From an uncultured virus (IMG/VR IMGVR_UViG_3300025633_000001) (Duplodnaviria > Heunggongvirae > Uroviricota > Caudoviricetes), in the IMG/VR virus record IMGVR_UViG_3300025633_000001: a DNA stretch of 64,000 nt. The stretch is one strand, 5' to 3'. Shown here one piece after another: positions 60,303 to 64,000 of this stretch. Numbering within the stretch: the stretch's first letter is position 1; the number at the start of each line of letters is the position of its first letter. A program made the translations under genes and the position numbers. The notes under the pieces were generated by a model that saw only the letters and a program-made list of their open reading frames with translations, was not told the DNA's origin and did not search any database.

Positions 60303-60556
60303 CAGGCCGCCGCGAGGGGGGGAGCGGGGTACGCAGAGCGCACCCACGTAAGATTGGGCATTGTCATCCTGGTCGCTTCAGGGTGGCTGCCCTCGGTTCA
60401 GAACAACGATGCGTCCAACATCGCTGAGCCGGGGGCGTTCTATTCGGTTATCGCTTACATTCTAGCGTTCCGCCAGCTCAATACCGTTAGGCGAACACAG
60501 GAACGTCGTCGGCGTGTTGCGTGCCCGCCGCAGCGTTGCAAGGTAAGGTAGTAGGC

Positions 60557-60805
60557 ATGAGTGACCTATCCAGCCATGTGCTTGACATAAGGGCCCTCGC
60601 TGCCGCTATCACGACCGTGGCCCGGCACCGAGATATCTCCTTGCGAACCGTGGCCGCAGAGACCGGCCTGAGCGCGTCCACGATCACGCGGCTTACGCAA
60701 GGCCAGAAGCCCGACGCCGATGCGCTCGTGTCGCTGCTGGCGTGGCTCAAGGCCGACGTGTCGGCGTTCGCGATCCCGCGCCCGGCAGGAAACGAGGAAA
60801 AGTGA
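60557..60805 (+). CDS. XRE HTH protein
   Basis: ISLRTVAAETGLSASTITRLTQGQKPD. Confidence 0.8.
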   Translation: MSDLSSHVLDIRALAAAITTVARHRDISLRTVAAETGLSASTITRLTQGQKPDADALVSLLAWLKADVSAFAIPRPAGNEEK

Positions 60806-61209
60806 GCCGACGCGAGTACCGCAGTACCTTCACCTGCGCCGAACCCGGCTGTCGGGAAATACAATGCCTGGTCCATGACCTGCGCGCTGACCAGGCCGCC
60901 GCCTATAAGCGCCAGCAGGAACGCCCGTTCAAGTGCAGCCGCCACGAGCACCCTGAGCGCAACCTGAAGCCCGGCAACGAGACCACGGCCTACACCGTCG
61001 TGGCCAGCCGGGTCCGCAGCCGGTTCCGGGATTCCGAGTGGGCCCCCGGCCTGTACTGGCTGCCTGAAGGTGCGACGACGGGAAGCGGGTACACGTTCGG
61101 TCCCGGCTTCAACGCTCATGCCGACGACTTCCCCGAGGGAACCCGCCTGACCGTTACGGCACAGGTCGAGATGCCTGCCGCGTCGGCTGGCGAAGGCAGG
61201 GCGGCATGA
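60802..61209 (+). CDS. Hypothetical Zn-binding protein
   Basis: CAEPGC...CSRH; coupled to neighbours. Confidence 0.5.
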   Translation: MSRREYRSTFTCAEPGCREIQCLVHDLRADQAAAYKRQQERPFKCSRHEHPERNLKPGNETTAYTVVASRVRSRFRDSEWAPGLYWLPEGATTGSGYTFGPGFNAHADDFPEGTRLTVTAQVEMPAASAGEGRAA

Positions 61210-61673
61210 CCAACGACCTGGCCGAGGCACGGCGGCGGCGACAGGAACGAGCTACCAGGCGGGGCACCGGCACGCGAGGACTGAAAGGTTCGAAGCTGGC
61301 GAGGGCCGACCTCGTGCTCTCCAGGATCGACGCGGCCGAGGAGAAGCGCGACCCGGCCGCCTTCTATGCCGGCCAGTTCCCCACCCCGCAGCGGATCACG
61401 ACGGCCCTTGACATGCGCGAGCTGTACGGCCCCGAGGTAGACCGGGCGCTCGGCGGCGAGGAACCGATGGTGGACGAGTGGGAATCCGGCAAGCGGGTGC
61501 CGACCTTCGAGCAGGTGCAAAGGCTGGCGCTGCTGACGGACTTCCCCGTCAGGTTCTTCTACCTGCCGCCGATGGCGCCGATCGAGGGTGGGTGGATCTG
61601 CGGTTCCGATGGCTGCCGCCCACTAGGCGTGACTGAAGAACACGAGTGCCCGACGTGCGGCAAGCCCCGCTAG
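61206..61673 (+). CDS. XRE-like HTH protein with C-terminal Cys motifs
   Basis: VDEWESGKRVPT...LALLTDFPVRFF. Confidence 0.6.
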   Translation: MTNDLAEARRRRQERATRRGTGTRGLKGSKLARADLVLSRIDAAEEKRDPAAFYAGQFPTPQRITTALDMRELYGPEVDRALGGEEPMVDEWESGKRVPTFEQVQRLALLTDFPVRFFYLPPMAPIEGGWICGSDGCRPLGVTEEHECPTCGKPR

Positions 61674-61825
61674 AACCAGAACCGCCGTCCCCCCATAGAG
61701 TGCCCGAGACCCCCGGCCAGCAGCAGGACAGCGCCGACCACAAGCAGGATCACCCCGAGGTAGAGGATGATGGCGATGCCGGTCAGCCAGCCGAGCAGGG
61801 CCAAGACGATGCCGGCGATGAGCAA
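61670..61825 (-). CDS. DUF6131-like small membrane protein (not in ORF track)
   Basis: MLIAGIVLALLGW...GHSMGGRRFWF; AGGAG RBS. Confidence 0.65.
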   Translation of the reverse strand: MLIAGIVLALLGWLTGIAIILYLGVILLVVGAVLLLAGGLGHSMGGRRFWF

Positions 61826-61833
61826 GGGGTCTC

Positions 61834-62073
61834 CTAGGGGGACGTGTCAGGCAGCAGCGCGGCCTGCTTAGCTTCAGCCGCCTGCTCACAGGACGCGAAC
61901 GTGGCGACCAGTGCATAGTTGGACACGACGGCGAGATACACGATCGAGATGCGGCCCCAGAGCGCCGGGAACCAGATGTCAGCGACGACCACGGCGAGGG
62001 TGAGGCCGGTCCAGAGCCACTTCTCCAGCCTGAACCGGAGCGGCGAGCCCTTGAAGCCGGACGGGAAGATCAC
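61834..62073 (-). CDS. Small two-TM protein (holin candidate)
   Basis: Two hydrophobic segments; downstream of endolysin. Confidence 0.4.
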   Translation of the reverse strand: MIFPSGFKGSPLRFRLEKWLWTGLTLAVVVADIWFPALWGRISIVYLAVVSNYALVATFASCEQAAEAKQAALLPDTSP

Positions 62074-62423
62074 GCGGGGACTAGCTCGCCGTCACGTATC
62101 CAGCCGTGCCAGTGGGAGCCGTCACGGTACGGCGTGCCGTCCGGCCCGGTGCGCCAGCACTCCACGTCGATCGATGGACTCACGGTGATGGCCGGAACCG
62201 TGCCGGTCACCTCCCACATCTCATGCGGAGGTGCCGACGCCCGGTCGGTGGTGCGCCAGCTGATTTCCGACGGCAAGCCGGGCTCAACGGGCTTGGTGTT
62301 CGGCAGGATGATCCACCAGCACTCCCGGCCGGCCTCGTCATCGTCCGGGCAGCGCCACATCATGCCCGGTTCCGGGTCACTCTCGGGAGGTGCGGCGAGA
62401 ACGCGCAGCGGGATGCCGGTCAC
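62070..62423 (-). CDS. Hypothetical protein
   Basis: ITVSPSI...WHGWIRDG motif. Confidence 0.5.
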   Translation of the reverse strand: MTGIPLRVLAAPPESDPEPGMMWRCPDDDEAGRECWWIILPNTKPVEPGLPSEISWRTTDRASAPPHEMWEVTGTVPAITVSPSIDVECWRTGPDGTPYRDGSHWHGWIRDGELVPA

Positions 62424-63247
62424 GCGGACGGCAGGTACAGGACGAGATCCTTCGGCATCGGCTTAGCCGGGCTGATTGTCCCGCCGAACACCCCGCCGAG
62501 ATACGACGCCACCCCGGCCGGGTAAACCCCGCCGGGGCTGTGCGCGGCCGTGAGAGCGAGGATGACGGCCGGGGTCGTGTGCTGCTGGCTGGCAAGCTGC
62601 TCGAGCGAGCTCATGCCGGCAGTGACCCACTGGCGGACTGCTGGGGGTGTCACGGTGCCTCCCTGGCGGATAGCGATGGCGAGAGCAACGATCTGCGGGC
62701 GCTGGACCTTGCGGACGTCACCGGGGCAGTCGGGGTGGCCCCCGAAAGCCCCGCCGCCCATCCCGTGCCAGCCGAGCCCTTCGGTGGTCGGGCTGTCGCT
62801 GATCTGTATCGGGAATCGGCCGACGTCATCGCGGCTCAGCAACTCGAGCAACTGCGCACCCGCCGCGATCTGAGCCGGGGTGAGCGGGTTCGACGGATTG
62901 CCGGCATCGGCGAACTCGCACCCGAACCAATGCGGGTTGCCATCAGCGGCGTGCCACGCCTTCCACCCGTTGACGGGACCGAACTGCCAGATCTCGCCGG
63001 CCTGCGAGACACCGAAATGGGCGCTGGCCTGCGAGGCGCTGTTGTTGAACCATGCGACGGTTCCCGGCTGGAGGTCGCCGACCATCGTGTGAACCAGCAT
63101 CCCGGTCACGCCGGACGGGACGCTCATGCCCCCGCTGTCCCCGTTCCGGCACGGCCACGACGGGCTGTTGTGCTGCACGGGCTGGCCGCTCGGGGAGGTG
63201 CCTGTTACCCGTCCGCCGGCATCGACGGAAAGTTTCTGTACCTGCAT
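62420..63247 (-). CDS. Endolysin, N-acetylmuramoyl-L-alanine amidase (Amidase_2) with LysM-like tail
   Basis: LVHT, SAHF, KAWHA, GCEF, H...HPDCPG. Confidence 0.88.
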   Translation of the reverse strand: MQVQKLSVDAGGRVTGTSPSGQPVQHNSPSWPCRNGDSGGMSVPSGVTGMLVHTMVGDLQPGTVAWFNNSASQASAHFGVSQAGEIWQFGPVNGWKAWHAADGNPHWFGCEFADAGNPSNPLTPAQIAAGAQLLELLSRDDVGRFPIQISDSPTTEGLGWHGMGGGAFGGHPDCPGDVRKVQRPQIVALAIAIRQGGTVTPPAVRQWVTAGMSSLEQLASQQHTTPAVILALTAAHSPGGVYPAGVASYLGGVFGGTISPAKPMPKDLVLYLPSA

Positions 63248-63452
63248 GTCAGTTGTCCTCTTCGCATGCTGAGCTGTTCTTCGCGTGAATGAACGCGATT
63301 CGCCCCCTGGTCAGATGTCCGCCGGGATGCGCCGGATGGCAGCGGCGGCACAAACGCCAGACGAGTCCGGTCCGCTCGTCAGTGCCGGTGTGGACGGCTA
63401 GCCAGTGCTGGAGGAGGTGCCACCAGTGCACAATGCCCACCTCCTGGCGGGG

Positions 63453-63527
63453 TCAGCGGCGCTGCAGGAACACGACAAGGATGACCAGGACGATGATGAC
63501 CAGCAGGACGCCGGCGCCGATATACAT
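63453..63527 (-). CDS. 24-aa single-TM peptide
   Basis: MYIGAGVLLVIIVLVILVVFLQRR; TGATG-coupled to the upstream peptide. Confidence 0.5.
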   Translation of the reverse strand: MYIGAGVLLVIIVLVILVVFLQRR

Positions 63528-63619
63528 CAGGCCACCCGGCCCCGGAACAGGCCGACGAGGTAGGCCAGCGCGATGATGCCGACCTCTACGATCAGGACCC
63601 ACGCTTGGACAGCAGTCAT
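63527..63619 (-). CDS. 30-aa single-TM peptide
   Basis: MTAVQAWVLIVEVGIIALAYLVGLFRGRVA; GGAGG RBS. Confidence 0.55.
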   Translation of the reverse strand: MTAVQAWVLIVEVGIIALAYLVGLFRGRVA

Positions 63620-63668
63620 GGTTTGCCTCCGTTAGGTTGTGCCGGCGGCAGGGGTTGCCGCGGGCCGC

Positions 63669-64000
63669 TTAGCGTTTCGTCGCGTACAGGATCACGCTGA
63701 TGATCGCGACCAGTACCGCAGCCGCAGCGATGACCTGGCTGATGTTGAGGCGCTGCTCGGTACGCTGCCCCGCCTGCCCCAGGTCGGTGCCCTCACCGCG
63801 GTCCAGCCGCGATGTCAGCCGCAGCTCCAGCGCCGCCACCCGGTCCGCGTTCCCGGCCACCCGTTCGGACAGTGCGCTATGCCCCGCGGCGTATTCGGCG
63901 CGGGGGAGGAACGTGGCGGTCTGGTCGGCGAGTGTCTGCCGGAATTCGTTAACGCTGTCGAACCTGCGCTCAGACGCTGTTTCCGCTTTAGTGACGGCCT
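63669..64000 (-). CDS. Coiled-coil protein with C-terminal TM (5' end outside window)
   Basis: Frame stays open to the window edge; ends with a hydrophobic segment and KR. Confidence 0.55.
   Translation of the reverse strand, partial: AVTKAETASERRFDSVNEFRQTLADQTATFLPRAEYAAGHSALSERVAGNADRVAALELRLTSRLDRGEGTDLGQAGQRTEQRLNISQVIAAAAVLVAIISVILYATKR

Noticed and set aside
63249..63440. Possible internally deleted version of a longer phage membrane protein
   Set aside because: Impression only; cannot be supported without an alignment

Overview
High-GC, gene-dense window that reads as most of a temperate tailed phage of an actinomycete, seen in non-integrated form: an attP-like 3' half of tRNA-Thr(CGT) sits next to the integrase with phage genes on both sides. 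Minus strand 1-9.9 kb is the packaging/head module (terS, terL, portal, minor capsid, scaffold, major capsid, head-tail proteins); tail genes appear to lie outside the window. Minus strand 14.8-25.7 kb is an AICE/plasmid-like transfer block (BldC/MerR-like HTH, WhiB, TraG/VirD4-like ATPase, HNH, TraB/FtsK-like ATPase, mIHF, SpdA/DUF2637-like, DUF3307) facing a divergent HTH + Nudix-like pair. A cI/cro-like switch at 31-32 kb opens a plus-strand early arm (YqaJ, RecT, RusA, C5-MTase, initiator with iterons, DnaC-like, DnaB, MazG-like proteins, many small ORFs). That arm ends in tRNA-fMet, a circularly permuted anticodon-less tRNA-like RNA, attP and a tyrosine integrase. Accessory genes (N6-MTase, secreted lectin-like protein, HNH, BldC fused to an alphaCTD-like domain) and a lysis region follow. 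The most unusual items are: (1) the permuted tRNA mimic fused behind tRNA-fMet; (2) two diverged copies of a Zn-finger/HTH gene, each followed by three TCTCA-N3-TGAGA palindromes with identical 18/23-bp spacing; (3) the conjugation-like module inside a phage; (4) the BldC-alphaCTD-like fusion. All family calls are by-eye motif recognition; no database searches were run.
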